From: a virus
Length of the DNA: 64,000 nt
IMG/VR virus record: IMGVR_UViG_3300020463_000008
Span: 32,001 to 96,000 of that record
Direction: 5' to 3' (one strand)
The notes below the pieces were generated by a model, which ran no database searches, had not been told where the DNA came from, and saw nothing but the letters and a program-made list of their open reading frames with translations. Shown here in pieces: positions 38,091-47,366 of this stretch (position 1 is the first letter of the stretch; each line of letters opens with the position of its first letter). A program made the position numbers and the translations under genes.

Positions 38091-38121
38091 AAAAGGGAAG
38101 GAGATGGCAGTCCTTCCCTTT
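38091..38121 (-). terminator. Rho-independent terminator
   Basis: AAAGGGAAGGA-loop-TCCTTCCCTTT hairpin ending in a U-run on the minus strand. Confidence 0.7.
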
Positions 38122-38137
38122 CTATCATCAGCTATCG

Positions 38138-38578
38138 TCAGTCAATAACAGATGAATTCCTCAAGTCAGGAACTGAAGTGCCATCTTCTTTAGTAGTTTC
38201 GATATTAATACCGAAGTCCTTCAGTTCCTGGACAAAGTCCACATCTTCCTCGTCTTTTATGACAAACTTTGGTGCTGGTAAACGAGAAACTCTAATATCA
38301 TCTGCTTCACGAATCGCCATTTCAGGATCCGCATTTGGAGCAGGAAAGAAATAGATGCCTTTGTCGATCTTGTTAATCTTATAATTCCAGTTAGGTGTGC
38401 CAATTTTAGGAAAGGATTTATCAGCTTCATGTTTTGCTTTCAGCTTAACAATTCCTTCAGTACATTGTTCCAATGTTATTGCACCACCAGATGAGAGGTC
38501 TGGGTAGATCTCTATCATGTTATCTACCCACCTCTTTTGGAACTTTGTTAGTGAATAATATTCAACTAAGTCTGACAT
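38138..38578 (-). CDS. Hypothetical protein
   Basis: 146 aa, coupled to the CobS-like gene. Confidence 0.7.
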   Translation of the reverse strand: MSDLVEYYSLTKFQKRWVDNMIEIYPDLSSGGAITLEQCTEGIVKLKAKHEADKSFPKIGTPNWNYKINKIDKGIYFFPAPNADPEMAIREADDIRVSRLPAPKFVIKDEEDVDFVQELKDFGINIETTKEDGTSVPDLRNSSVID

Positions 38579-39768
38579 TATATACCCTCCGATTCAGATG
38601 TATATGGATTTCTATCTTCTTCAACCTCTGCTGCTTCAGGAAGTAAATCTTCCCCAGCAGAGATCTTAGAGTAAAGATCTAAGAAAGCCATTTTAGTGAC
38701 TTCATCAAATCTATTCAAGCACAGCTCAATCGCTTTAGCTTCTTTTTTGAAGATAGAGAATGCTCTCACAATGTGAGTCAATCTTCTAGTCGTAATGTTT
38801 TCATCACAACCACCATCATCAAAAGTCTTACGAACAACCTCTGCCCACTTAACTAAGTTAGAAGCAAAGTCACCAGAGTCTTTACACTCATAATGGTTAA
38901 GAAGATTTTCAACAATCTTCAACTCTGTTTTTTGGTTAGGATAAGGTTGGTTGAAAGTGACAGCAAATCTTTCTAAGAATGCTTCATTAAGAACATTAGT
39001 CCCGATGTATCTACCATCATCAGATCCTTTACCTTTAGTGTTTGCAGTAGCAAAGATGTTAAATCCTTTAGCAGGAGTTATCATTTCATTTTTTAGTTTG
39101 AAATAAAATGGTTTTCCTTCAAGGATAGGTTGTAAACAAAGTAGAGTATTTGCTCCACCAGCATCAATCTCATCAAGAAGAAGTGGAATACCAAATCTCA
39201 TTGCGATAACAACTGGACCTTCAACAATCTCAACATTACCATCAACCAAAGTTTTAGAACCAATCAATTGGTCTTCATCAGTCATAGTATTAAGATTGAC
39301 ACGAATAAGAGGTTTTTTCTGCTTAGCACAGATTTGCTCAATAGTCGTAGATTTACCATTACCAGTTGGACCAGCAATGTAAGAAGGATAGAACATACCA
39401 GATCTAACAATATGATTTAGATCGGTGTAGTTTCCGAAAGCAACATAGTTAGGATCCACAGCTGGGATTAAACTATCTCTATCCACAGTAGAAGATAAAG
39501 CAGAAGATTTCAAAGGAACCACTTTTGGTGGCACTTCAGTTTCAGCTACAGTATTTGCTACTGGTTTTGTTATAGAACCTCCAGGAATTACATAGAGTGC
39601 TGGGGAAGCACCTGCAACTTTGTTTTCCCAGACTATGCCTGGAACTGGAGTACCTGACTTTCTAACAGCCAGAACCTGTGCTTGAGTCATTTCTTGACTC
39701 ACTGCAACTTCAGGAAAGAGCTCGTATGCTTTTTCAATAAATGCAGTTTGTTTTGATAAGTTTGTCAT
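38578..39768 (-). CDS. CobS-like MoxR AAA+ ATPase
   Basis: GPTGNGKS, LLLDEID, ATANTKGKGSDDGRYIGTNVLNEAFLERF, TTRRL. Confidence 0.92.
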   Translation of the reverse strand: MTNLSKQTAFIEKAYELFPEVAVSQEMTQAQVLAVRKSGTPVPGIVWENKVAGASPALYVIPGGSITKPVANTVAETEVPPKVVPLKSSALSSTVDRDSLIPAVDPNYVAFGNYTDLNHIVRSGMFYPSYIAGPTGNGKSTTIEQICAKQKKPLIRVNLNTMTDEDQLIGSKTLVDGNVEIVEGPVVIAMRFGIPLLLDEIDAGGANTLLCLQPILEGKPFYFKLKNEMITPAKGFNIFATANTKGKGSDDGRYIGTNVLNEAFLERFAVTFNQPYPNQKTELKIVENLLNHYECKDSGDFASNLVKWAEVVRKTFDDGGCDENITTRRLTHIVRAFSIFKKEAKAIELCLNRFDEVTKMAFLDLYSKISAGEDLLPEAAEVEEDRNPYTSESEGI

Positions 39769-39776
39769 AATATAAT

Positions 39777-39893
39777 TTTACCTCGCTTTTTTAATTATCA
39801 ATACAAGTATTCTACTAAATTTTGACCCAAAAGTAAAGCATTATTTCACTTTTTTTTAGTTTATTTTGTTATTAAAAAACAATGACTTATAAC
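39777..39893 (-). repeat. Promoter cassette repeat, copy 2 of 3
   Basis: GTTATAAGTCATTGTTTTTTAATAAC..GTGAAATAATGCTTTACTTTTG-..-TAGAATACTTGTATTGA..GAGGTAAA. Confidence 0.85.
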
Positions 39894-39895
39894 CT

Positions 39896-40153
39896 TTATT
39901 TGCTTTCAGCCAAAAAATTATTGAAAGATATCTGTCCAGATGGCTCTTTCCAGGTCCCATCAGTGTTATAATGGACAGGCATTTCTTTAGTTTTATCATA
40001 TTCTAAAATAGTCTTTTTAATATGATATCCTTCTTCATTCTTCATACTCATAAATTTATGAAGCACTTTATTATTTGGATCTACTCTCCAAAGTTCGATG
40101 GCAAGATAATCTATAACCTTTTCATCCATACTAGTTTTCAAATGTTTTCCCAT
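39896..40153 (-). CDS. Hypothetical protein
   Basis: 85 aa with AAGGAG RBS. Confidence 0.7.
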   Translation of the reverse strand: MGKHLKTSMDEKVIDYLAIELWRVDPNNKVLHKFMSMKNEEGYHIKKTILEYDKTKEMPVHYNTDGTWKEPSGQISFNNFLAESK

Positions 40154-40257
40154 AATATATTTCTCCTTTGTTAATGGTAGTGTTTTATTACACCTGCTAT
40201 AATAAAGAAGCAGGTAATAATCTCTAAATAAAATTTAAACTTTTTCATTGTCTCAAC

Positions 40258-40923
40258 TTAGTAGTTAAATAAATCAAAGTCTTCTTTATAAAGATCTTCA
40301 ATTAAAGTTTTGCCAGCATCAATATATTCACTATCACTATGCTCTGGCATTCTAGTGGTAGTATTGAGATGAACATCATAGTTTTCATCTTCAATCTTTT
40401 TTGCGACTACATTAGATTTAATCCATAAGTTTTGTTGTAGCCATGGGCGATATACAAAATATTCATCCATCTCTTTATTTGCTTTTCCTATAATCTCTAA
40501 CCAACGACAATAGTTTTCTGTATTAGGATCTTTAGTAAGAATGTTTAATTTATTAAAAAGCATTTTATCAAACTTACTTGGATTCTTCATAAAGAGTTCT
40601 GTAGCATTTAATCCTATCGTTTGTTTATGTTCACTAATTTGAAATTCAATTCTATCAGGCGATATATATTTCTGTGGCATATATTGAAGTTCATAATAAA
40701 ACAAATACATAGATAACATTCTATTATGTGGATTTCTTACATGCGTATAGATACAATCATAATCTTTATACATTTCATCATAAGGACTATGTTTTCCTGT
40801 TGGTACTTCTTGAAACTCATCGCCATACTTTTCAATCAAACTATATTTCTCAGTTGTCCCACCTGTCTTAGGAATGTGAATGTAATAAACTTTTTTTGGA
40901 ACTATGTATGTCATTCTACCCAA
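40258..40923 (-). CDS. Sulfotransferase (family 2-like)
   Basis: 5'-PSB YIHIPKTGGT, 3'-PB VRNPHNRMLSMY, C-terminal YKEDFDLFNY. Confidence 0.85.
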   Translation of the reverse strand: MGRMTYIVPKKVYYIHIPKTGGTTEKYSLIEKYGDEFQEVPTGKHSPYDEMYKDYDCIYTHVRNPHNRMLSMYLFYYELQYMPQKYISPDRIEFQISEHKQTIGLNATELFMKNPSKFDKMLFNKLNILTKDPNTENYCRWLEIIGKANKEMDEYFVYRPWLQQNLWIKSNVVAKKIEDENYDVHLNTTTRMPEHSDSEYIDAGKTLIEDLYKEDFDLFNY

Positions 40924-41798
40924 TCAACTTTAATTTTTTTTCTCGGTGCTTTTGGTGGAAGATAACTTTTAAAAGTTTCAATCCATTTTTCTTTTGGTCT
41001 TGTGAAAGAATACATATACAGTCCTCGTTCATTTGGCATATATCTATATAATTCATCATCATGAATATATTGTAGTTTTAATTCTTTTCGTTTATTCATC
41101 ATATAGGCATCCATCATAAAGATAATATCTTCACCAACTTTAAGATCTTCTTTAAATTTTAATTTATGATACGATCCTTTATGAAAGCCAATCAATCTAT
41201 TTAATGTACCTTTCTCATTCTTAGGATGCTGATAAAATTTATTTACCATTTCTTCCATCTCAAGCATTGTAGCAATCCATGTATCAGGTCTTTTAAATTC
41301 TTCTTCTAGTTCTCCCATTATCTTTTGTGCTAGTACTGTACCATCTGCTTTTAAAGTTTCTCCTTGCCATTCCATTTTACCACCAGAAGTAAATAAGAAG
41401 TCACCTGTAAATTGTTTTTTAAATAGTTTGGGCATAGTATCACCCCAAACATCATCGCCATCTATCATAAAACAATAGTCAAAAAATCTTAAATTAGTAT
41501 CCATACCAAAGTGTTGCATCATTCTATTTTTACCAAGTCCTGGCATACCATTAGATACACTAGAGGAAAAATAATGGCATTTATCTTTTACTGCATTCTT
41601 CATCAGGTCAATATGAAAGTTATCATTAGAATTATCATGTACCCATATAGGATATCCTTGACATGACTCCATACATCGTAATACATCAAATTTTGTTTGA
41701 TGCGTACTTGTTAAAATTCCAATGACTGCTCTATGACCTGAATACATTAAGTTTTTCCTGAGCAAAGAAATAAAGGAATACCACCATTGTGTTGCCAC
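40911..41798 (-). CDS. GT-A fold glycosyltransferase (GT2-like)
   Basis: IGILT, SNGMPGLGKN, FMIDGDD (DxD), VGED. Real start probably MYSGH at 41747. Confidence 0.7.
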   Translation of the reverse strand: MATQWWYSFISLLRKNLMYSGHRAVIGILTSTHQTKFDVLRCMESCQGYPIWVHDNSNDNFHIDLMKNAVKDKCHYFSSSVSNGMPGLGKNRMMQHFGMDTNLRFFDYCFMIDGDDVWGDTMPKLFKKQFTGDFLFTSGGKMEWQGETLKADGTVLAQKIMGELEEEFKRPDTWIATMLEMEEMVNKFYQHPKNEKGTLNRLIGFHKGSYHKLKFKEDLKVGEDIIFMMDAYMMNKRKELKLQYIHDDELYRYMPNERGLYMYSFTRPKEKWIETFKSYLPPKAPRKKIKVDWVE

Positions 41799-41974
41799 TG
41801 TTGAGTACTGCCTTGAGTTTTCGCAATTGCATATGCTTCTTTTTTAGTATCGCAATATACAATAATTTTATTTTGTATGTCACCACCATTTTCAATTACT
41901 TGAAATTTTTTACCAAGTCTTTTTACATGGTATCTTAATTTTTTAGATGGTGGTGGGGTTTTCTCTTTTCTCAT
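41747..41974 (-). CDS. Small basic hypothetical protein
   Basis: 75 aa, coupled. Confidence 0.6.
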   Translation of the reverse strand: MRKEKTPPPSKKLRYHVKRLGKKFQVIENGGDIQNKIIVYCDTKKEAYAIAKTQGSTQQWQHNGGIPLFLCSGKT

Positions 41975-42318
41975 AATGTTGTGCCATGTCCTTCCTTTTT
42001 AGCATTTATTAAGAGGTTTGCTCGGCTTTGAACCCACTCGTCTTTGAGAGGTAAATGATGACCAGTGGATCCATCCCACCGAGCAAATGCTTCGTCATAG
42101 AAATCTATGGTACAAAGCAGGGGATTATCGTTTTGCAACGATGTAAGTTCGTCAGCCCATTTCTGCCAAGTATGGTCATCGACTATACTTTCATCCATCT
42201 CATAATATATGCAGGAATGAACTAACATCTGACTTCTTCTTTGTTTAATCTTTTCTTTTAACTTTTGCGATTCTTCGTTAGTAGTGTCTATCGGTAAAGC
42301 CATTGCATCATCTCCCAT
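41971..42318 (-). CDS. Stand-alone NAD-dependent DNA ligase N-terminal (Ia)-like domain
   Basis: HSCIYYEMDESIVDDHTWQKWADEL resembles LigA H..YY..D.P.ISD..YD. Confidence 0.65.
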   Translation of the reverse strand: MGDDAMALPIDTTNEESQKLKEKIKQRRSQMLVHSCIYYEMDESIVDDHTWQKWADELTSLQNDNPLLCTIDFYDEAFARWDGSTGHHLPLKDEWVQSRANLLINAKKEGHGTTL

Positions 42319-42419
42319 GGTTCATGTTGACTGCCATATGGACTTAACCATATAATCATACCCACCGCAAACATTGCGATCGCTAATCCTAAGATTAAAG
42401 GTTTTAAATCATTCATCAT
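42288..42419 (-). CDS. Small membrane peptide (43 aa)
   Basis: MMNDLKPLILGLAIAMFAVGMIIWLSP..., start coupled to the VWA gene stop. Confidence 0.45.
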   Translation of the reverse strand: MMNDLKPLILGLAIAMFAVGMIIWLSPYGSQHEPWEMMQWLYR

Positions 42420-44776
42420 TATGCTACCCTTTCTACGAATGTACTCATTAATACTTTCGATTGTCTATTTTGTTTTAGACCTTTAGAGAACTGCCTAGCA
42501 ATCTGGGCAGCAGACTTTTGACCATCGATAGAAATCTCAGCATTTGCTGGATTAAGTTTTTTAATATCAAGAAAGAACATCTCGTCACGACCAGTTCCTT
42601 CAGAGAAAGATGCCCAGCCATTATTTCTACGAATAAGAACTCTAGAAGCATCTCTATCAAATCTATCAGAGTCTTTGATATTATATCTAGCGAACTCACC
42701 AATTCCTTGTTGAGTATTTCTACCAAGGAAATAACCAATAGTAGAAGCACCATATCTTGTTTTAATCATATCAAGATATGCATAGTCATAAGGAGAGCCA
42801 CCCATTTCATGTTTGTCAGAGACTTTATAATGTTTCTTAGTCACAGGATCTACAAGAGTATCAACTCGTTTCACACTCCATTTGGTTTCAACACCCATGT
42901 TTCTTAGTTTCTCATGGTTGCATTGCATACCTCTAGACCATCCTGCTCCATCAGTCAAAGTTATAAAGTTCATTTTATCAATATTATGTTTTTTGACAAA
43001 TCTACCAGTATAACCAACAGCAACTTCAAGTGCTTCACTCAAAGGAGTACCAGATAATGCTAACTCACGAGAGTAATGCCATACATGAGAGTGTAGCATA
43101 TAACACATACAATCAAAATCTTTTTGGTTCATATCATTAGTAAGAAGCTGGTAATACCACATTTCTTGTCTTTGCATGTAAGCAGTATTTTCTTCTCTTA
43201 GTTTTTCAGCAAACTTTCTCATGATATCTTTTTTACCTTCAGTCAAAGGATCTTTTTCATTATAAGAATTATCATGATTAGAGAAAGCAAGAACTTCAAA
43301 AGGAATATTTACTTTACGACAGAAAGTAGATAATACAATTACTTGCCTGATAGTATCTCTCATAATAGAGTGCATAGAACCAGACCAGTCAACCACCATA
43401 ATGAAACCATGATTTTTATCATCAGAACATACTTGTATTCTTTTAAATAAATCTTCAGACAGTTTATAGTTATATAATTTGTTAGCATTTAACTGACCAG
43501 ACTTAGCAGTTTCAGTACGAGCATATCTTTGAGCAGATTTTTTCATCTCAAACTCTTTTACCATATAATCAATATCAGACTTAATATTGTTCATGAAGTT
43601 ATCATAATCTTCTTTATAGTAAGCACCAGATGTAGCACCAAGATAAGGTCGGCACTCATCATATCTGTCAAACATATAGATATAATCGTAATGACCTTTA
43701 TCATTTATAACATGGTCATCACCATTGATTCTATCAAGAACAGATTGTTTAGTGACACACTCAGGATCGTTAGCATCAACTGGGTCACCCCACTTATCAG
43801 TAGGCTGTCCTTCAGGAATCTTAGTAAGCATATCTAAGATTTGCTTGTAAGTAATAATAGGATCTGTACCATAAGGATATTCAGGAACATCAAGAGTTCT
43901 AAAAATTTTATTATCAAGTTGAGCATGGTCTTCCATACTTTTATCAAGAGCATCCTGAGTAGCTGATTCTAATTCTCTCTCATCAAAAGTTGGAGGAGTT
44001 TCTTCAGCTTGATGCTCACCAGCTCCAGATCTAGACTTAGTATCTTCTTCATCTTTAGCAACAGTCTCTTCTTCATCATCATTTTCTGGAGCATCGCCTT
44101 CTTCATATTCATCATCATCAAAATCATCAGACTCTTGCTCTTCCATTTCTTCTTCATTATCTAAATCATCAAGATCGTTTTGTGCTTCTTGATATTGTTC
44201 AGCTTTTTTCTCTTCTTCTTTTTTCTTTTTATCACGAGCATACTCGGCTAACTCTTTAGCAAGTGCCACAACCTCATCAAAGTTTTTACAAGAATCAACT
44301 CTAGAAGCAATTGCAAATTCTTCTTTAGAAAATTTGATACCAGACTTAAGACCGATTTTAAAATAAAGATTAATTTTATCAATTAAGTTGAGAGAGTTTA
44401 CATCTTTATCACCAATCTGAAAGAAGTCATTATCAGCAAGAAGTTTGTACCCAGCAATAAAGTCAGTACGCAATCCAGGATATTGTTTTTGAATTAGTTT
44501 TTCAATACGAACATCTTCAATAACATTAGCATAATTTTTTACTAGTTTATCATCAAATGCTTTATCATTCATAATTTTTTTAGCAGGAGTATGTAGAGCA
44601 TGACCGACCTCATGACCAATCATAAGATTTTCTACATTTTCATCTAAGTTTACGAATGTTGGTAGAGTCAATGTTCTACCCACTACATCGAATGATGCAG
44701 TTGGAACTTTAGCACGAACGACATGGACATCCTCGGTGCTAAGTAATTTTGCTAATACATCTTTTGAATTATTCAC
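42419..44776 (-). CDS. CobT-like protein: HExxH peptidase-like N-domain, acidic linker, VWA domain
   Basis: GHEVGHALHT, NVIEDVRIEK, MIDAS VDWSGSM, GTPL, LTDG; GTG start. Confidence 0.88.
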   Translation of the reverse strand: MNNSKDVLAKLLSTEDVHVVRAKVPTASFDVVGRTLTLPTFVNLDENVENLMIGHEVGHALHTPAKKIMNDKAFDDKLVKNYANVIEDVRIEKLIQKQYPGLRTDFIAGYKLLADNDFFQIGDKDVNSLNLIDKINLYFKIGLKSGIKFSKEEFAIASRVDSCKNFDEVVALAKELAEYARDKKKKEEEKKAEQYQEAQNDLDDLDNEEEMEEQESDDFDDDEYEEGDAPENDDEEETVAKDEEDTKSRSGAGEHQAEETPPTFDERELESATQDALDKSMEDHAQLDNKIFRTLDVPEYPYGTDPIITYKQILDMLTKIPEGQPTDKWGDPVDANDPECVTKQSVLDRINGDDHVINDKGHYDYIYMFDRYDECRPYLGATSGAYYKEDYDNFMNNIKSDIDYMVKEFEMKKSAQRYARTETAKSGQLNANKLYNYKLSEDLFKRIQVCSDDKNHGFIMVVDWSGSMHSIMRDTIRQVIVLSTFCRKVNIPFEVLAFSNHDNSYNEKDPLTEGKKDIMRKFAEKLREENTAYMQRQEMWYYQLLTNDMNQKDFDCMCYMLHSHVWHYSRELALSGTPLSEALEVAVGYTGRFVKKHNIDKMNFITLTDGAGWSRGMQCNHEKLRNMGVETKWSVKRVDTLVDPVTKKHYKVSDKHEMGGSPYDYAYLDMIKTRYGASTIGYFLGRNTQQGIGEFARYNIKDSDRFDRDASRVLIRRNNGWASFSEGTGRDEMFFLDIKKLNPANAEISIDGQKSAAQIARQFSKGLKQNRQSKVLMSTFVERVA

Positions 44777-44778
44777 GA

Positions 44779-44894
44779 TTTACCTCTCAATTAATTATTC
44801 AATACAAGTATTCTACTAAATTTTGATGCAAAAGTAAAGCATTATTTCACCTTTTTTTATACTTTTTTGTTATATAAAAACAAGGACTTATAAC
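44779..44894 (-). repeat. Promoter cassette repeat, copy 3 of 3
   Basis: GTTATAAGTCCTTGTTTTTATATAAC..GTGAAATAATGCTTTACTTTTG-..-TAGAATACTTGTATTGA..GAGGTAAA. Confidence 0.85.
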
Positions 44895-45460
44895 TAGGGA
44901 TTGAAATTTCCTCTAATTACTTGAGTTGTTCTTCCTCTTTTTGCGTCTTTTTTTAGTTTTTTAATTGCTCTTTTTAATTTCTCTCTCGAGACTCGTTGAG
45001 TAAAGTCTATCCCAATCATGTGGTCATACTCATGTTGGAATACTCGTGAAACATACCCAGAAAGGGTCGTCTTGATTTCTTCACCTTTGAATGTAAAATA
45101 CTTGACTTTAATAACTCTTGGTCGTGAAACCATTAGCCATAAATTTGGTCGGGATAAGCATCCCTCTGTCATAGATGTTTTATCTTCTGATGATTCTAAT
45201 ATTTCAGGATTAAAAATTGCCATGGCTGGCAAGTCCATTTGTTCTTCAGCAGTTAGTGCGAAAACTTTATATGGTAATCCTATTTGATTTGCTGATAGTC
45301 CAGCACCATTTAACTTTCTTGAAGTCTCGATTAATAAGAGTCCAAGTTTTGCTGCTTCTTCCATTGGGTACTCCTCAAACTTCCAGTCATCTTGTTCACT
45401 GGTAAGTAGAGGATCGTCCCATGGTATTAATTCACCTTTTACATTATCTAATATATTCAT
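44894..45460 (-). CDS. def: Peptide deformylase
   Basis: GAGLSANQIG, EGCLS, FQHEYDH. Confidence 0.95.
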   Translation of the reverse strand: MNILDNVKGELIPWDDPLLTSEQDDWKFEEYPMEEAAKLGLLLIETSRKLNGAGLSANQIGLPYKVFALTAEEQMDLPAMAIFNPEILESSEDKTSMTEGCLSRPNLWLMVSRPRVIKVKYFTFKGEEIKTTLSGYVSRVFQHEYDHMIGIDFTQRVSREKLKRAIKKLKKDAKRGRTTQVIRGNFNP

Positions 45461-45461
45461 T

Positions 45462-45641
45462 TTAGCTTATACCTAATTTCTCCGATACTAATGTCAATTT
45501 ATCTTTGACTGCTAGTTTCTTTAGTTTTAATTCTTTTAGTTGGGTTGTATCAAATTTATATTTCTCAACTTCTTTGTGTAGTTCCGAGTGTTCATAATTA
45601 AGTTTATTATATTGTTCCATTAGGTGTGCTTGTGCGTTCAT
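45462..45641 (-). CDS. YdcH/DUF465-like small coiled-coil protein (59 aa)
   Basis: EHSELHKEVE..LKELKLKKLAVKDKL; below the ORF-track cutoff. Confidence 0.6.
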   Translation of the reverse strand: MNAQAHLMEQYNKLNYEHSELHKEVEKYKFDTTQLKELKLKKLAVKDKLTLVSEKLGIS

Positions 45642-45644
45642 GAA

Positions 45645-47366
45645 TTATCCTCCGATTTGTATTGATGAAAAATCATTCTTCTTAACAAATTTAATAACCG
45701 ATCTAAACTTGTCAAAAAGCTGATCCCCTTTGTGAGATATAACGAAAACATTTGTTCCTTCACCAACTTCATTTAATACTTGTAGGAACAAGTCAGTACC
45801 ACTGTTATCCATACTGCTATCAAATATTTCATCTAATAAGAGCAGATTGGTATTTACTGAATTCTTCATCTTGGCTATTTGTCTCCAAGTAAATAGTATT
45901 GCAAGATCTATCCTCAACTTTTCTCCTTCTGAGAAGCTGTCATAAGTAAACTCATCTCTGTATCGTGAACGAATTGTTTCATTGAAATCTTCATCAAGTT
46001 CAAAGTGAACGAAGAAATCCATAGCTTGTAGATACTTATTAATGAGTTTGTTAATGATGGGCAAATACTGGCGAATAATTTCTGTCTTAATTCCAGTATC
46101 TGCAAGAAGAGTTTTTGATACATCTTCGATTTGTTTTTGTTCTTCAATGTTAGTTTTTTCCTCTACAGCTTCAACTGCCGAAGTTGCTAACTCCTTCAGT
46201 TTGGCTTTTTGATTTACAACATTATCATCATCTATATTTAGATTCGATTGTTCTTCTACCATTTCCTTATTGTTTTTACTTATAAGGCTGAGTGATTGGT
46301 TGAGAGCACTTACTTCTGAGTTCTTGCCCATTATAGTCTTGTTGATAGACGCAATCTCCTCGTATCTTTTATTTAGCTTTTCTAGAGCCTGAGAAAGTGA
46401 TAATAAGTTTCCACTGGCTTTGCCTAGCTTAACATTCAATTGAGTAAGAATATTATTCTTATGGTCATGCTCTATACCTTGTTGGCATTGTGGGCACTCA
46501 TCATTATTCTCAAAGAATGCAATATCATTAGTAATACCTGATTGTTTATTATCATATTGTGCCAATAGTTTTTTAGCTTCTTCTAAATCAGTATTGACCT
46601 GTTCAGTATCATTAATAGATATACTTAGTTTTTCCACTTCTTCTAAAATTACTTCAATGGCTTCGCTTATACCTTTAGACTCTTCTTCGTTAGCAAGTAT
46701 CTTTTTATTTATCTTTTCAATAGCTTCTTCTTTAACATTACTTAATGCATCAAGTAATTCTTTTTGAGCATCTACACTTGCTCTACATACTTCTATTCTA
46801 TTATGAGCAGTAGTCAATTGCTCTTTAGTTATTTTAATTCGTTCAGTAAGTAATTCATTCATCGTACTAAAAATACGAATATCTAATATGTCTTCAATAA
46901 CTTGTCGTCTATTCCAGCCACCTATCTGCATAAATGGTTGATAACTAGCTGAACCCAGAATAACCATCTTGCTGAAAGTTCTCCAGGCAAATCCTATAAT
47001 TTGTGTTTGTAAATAAGTTTGAGTGTCAGCATTACTTGCAAAAGAATCTAACTTTAATCCATCAGCAAATATTTCTAGCTTATTGGGTTTTGCACCTCTT
47101 AATACTTTATAATGTTTTCCACCTACATTAAATTCTATTTCAACTTCTAAGTTTTTTCCATTAATACTATTAACAAGTTGGTCTTTCTTTACTTTACGAA
47201 AAGGTCTTCCATATAATGAAAACATTAATGCATCAAGAATAGTTGATTTACCCTCGCCATTCTTTCCTACAATTAATGTGGTAGTAGAACGATTAAGATC
47301 TACTTCCGTCCAAGCATTTCCTGTACTAAGTAGATTCCTCCACTTAATCTTCTCAAATGTAATCAT
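45645..47366 (-). CDS. 46: Rad50/SbcC-like recombination ATPase (gp46)
   Basis: GKNGEGKST, Zn hook CPQCQQ, FSEGEKLRIDLA, LLDEIFD, VISH. Confidence 0.96.
   Translation of the reverse strand: MITFEKIKWRNLLSTGNAWTEVDLNRSTTTLIVGKNGEGKSTILDALMFSLYGRPFRKVKKDQLVNSINGKNLEVEIEFNVGGKHYKVLRGAKPNKLEIFADGLKLDSFASNADTQTYLQTQIIGFAWRTFSKMVILGSASYQPFMQIGGWNRRQVIEDILDIRIFSTMNELLTERIKITKEQLTTAHNRIEVCRASVDAQKELLDALSNVKEEAIEKINKKILANEEESKGISEAIEVILEEVEKLSISINDTEQVNTDLEEAKKLLAQYDNKQSGITNDIAFFENNDECPQCQQGIEHDHKNNILTQLNVKLGKASGNLLSLSQALEKLNKRYEEIASINKTIMGKNSEVSALNQSLSLISKNNKEMVEEQSNLNIDDDNVVNQKAKLKELATSAVEAVEEKTNIEEQKQIEDVSKTLLADTGIKTEIIRQYLPIINKLINKYLQAMDFFVHFELDEDFNETIRSRYRDEFTYDSFSEGEKLRIDLAILFTWRQIAKMKNSVNTNLLLLDEIFDSSMDNSGTDLFLQVLNEVGEGTNVFVISHKGDQLFDKFRSVIKFVKKNDFSSIQIGG

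Noticed and set aside
40185-40220. Hairpin TTATTAC-ACCTGCT...AGCAGGT-AATAA
   Set aside because: A single imperfect intergenic stem with no U-tract or recognisable family; not enough evidence to call.
38578-44776. CobS/CobT as cobalamin biosynthesis genes
   Set aside because: There is no CobN or other cob gene. This is the MoxR AAA + VWA chaperone pair common in T4-like phages.
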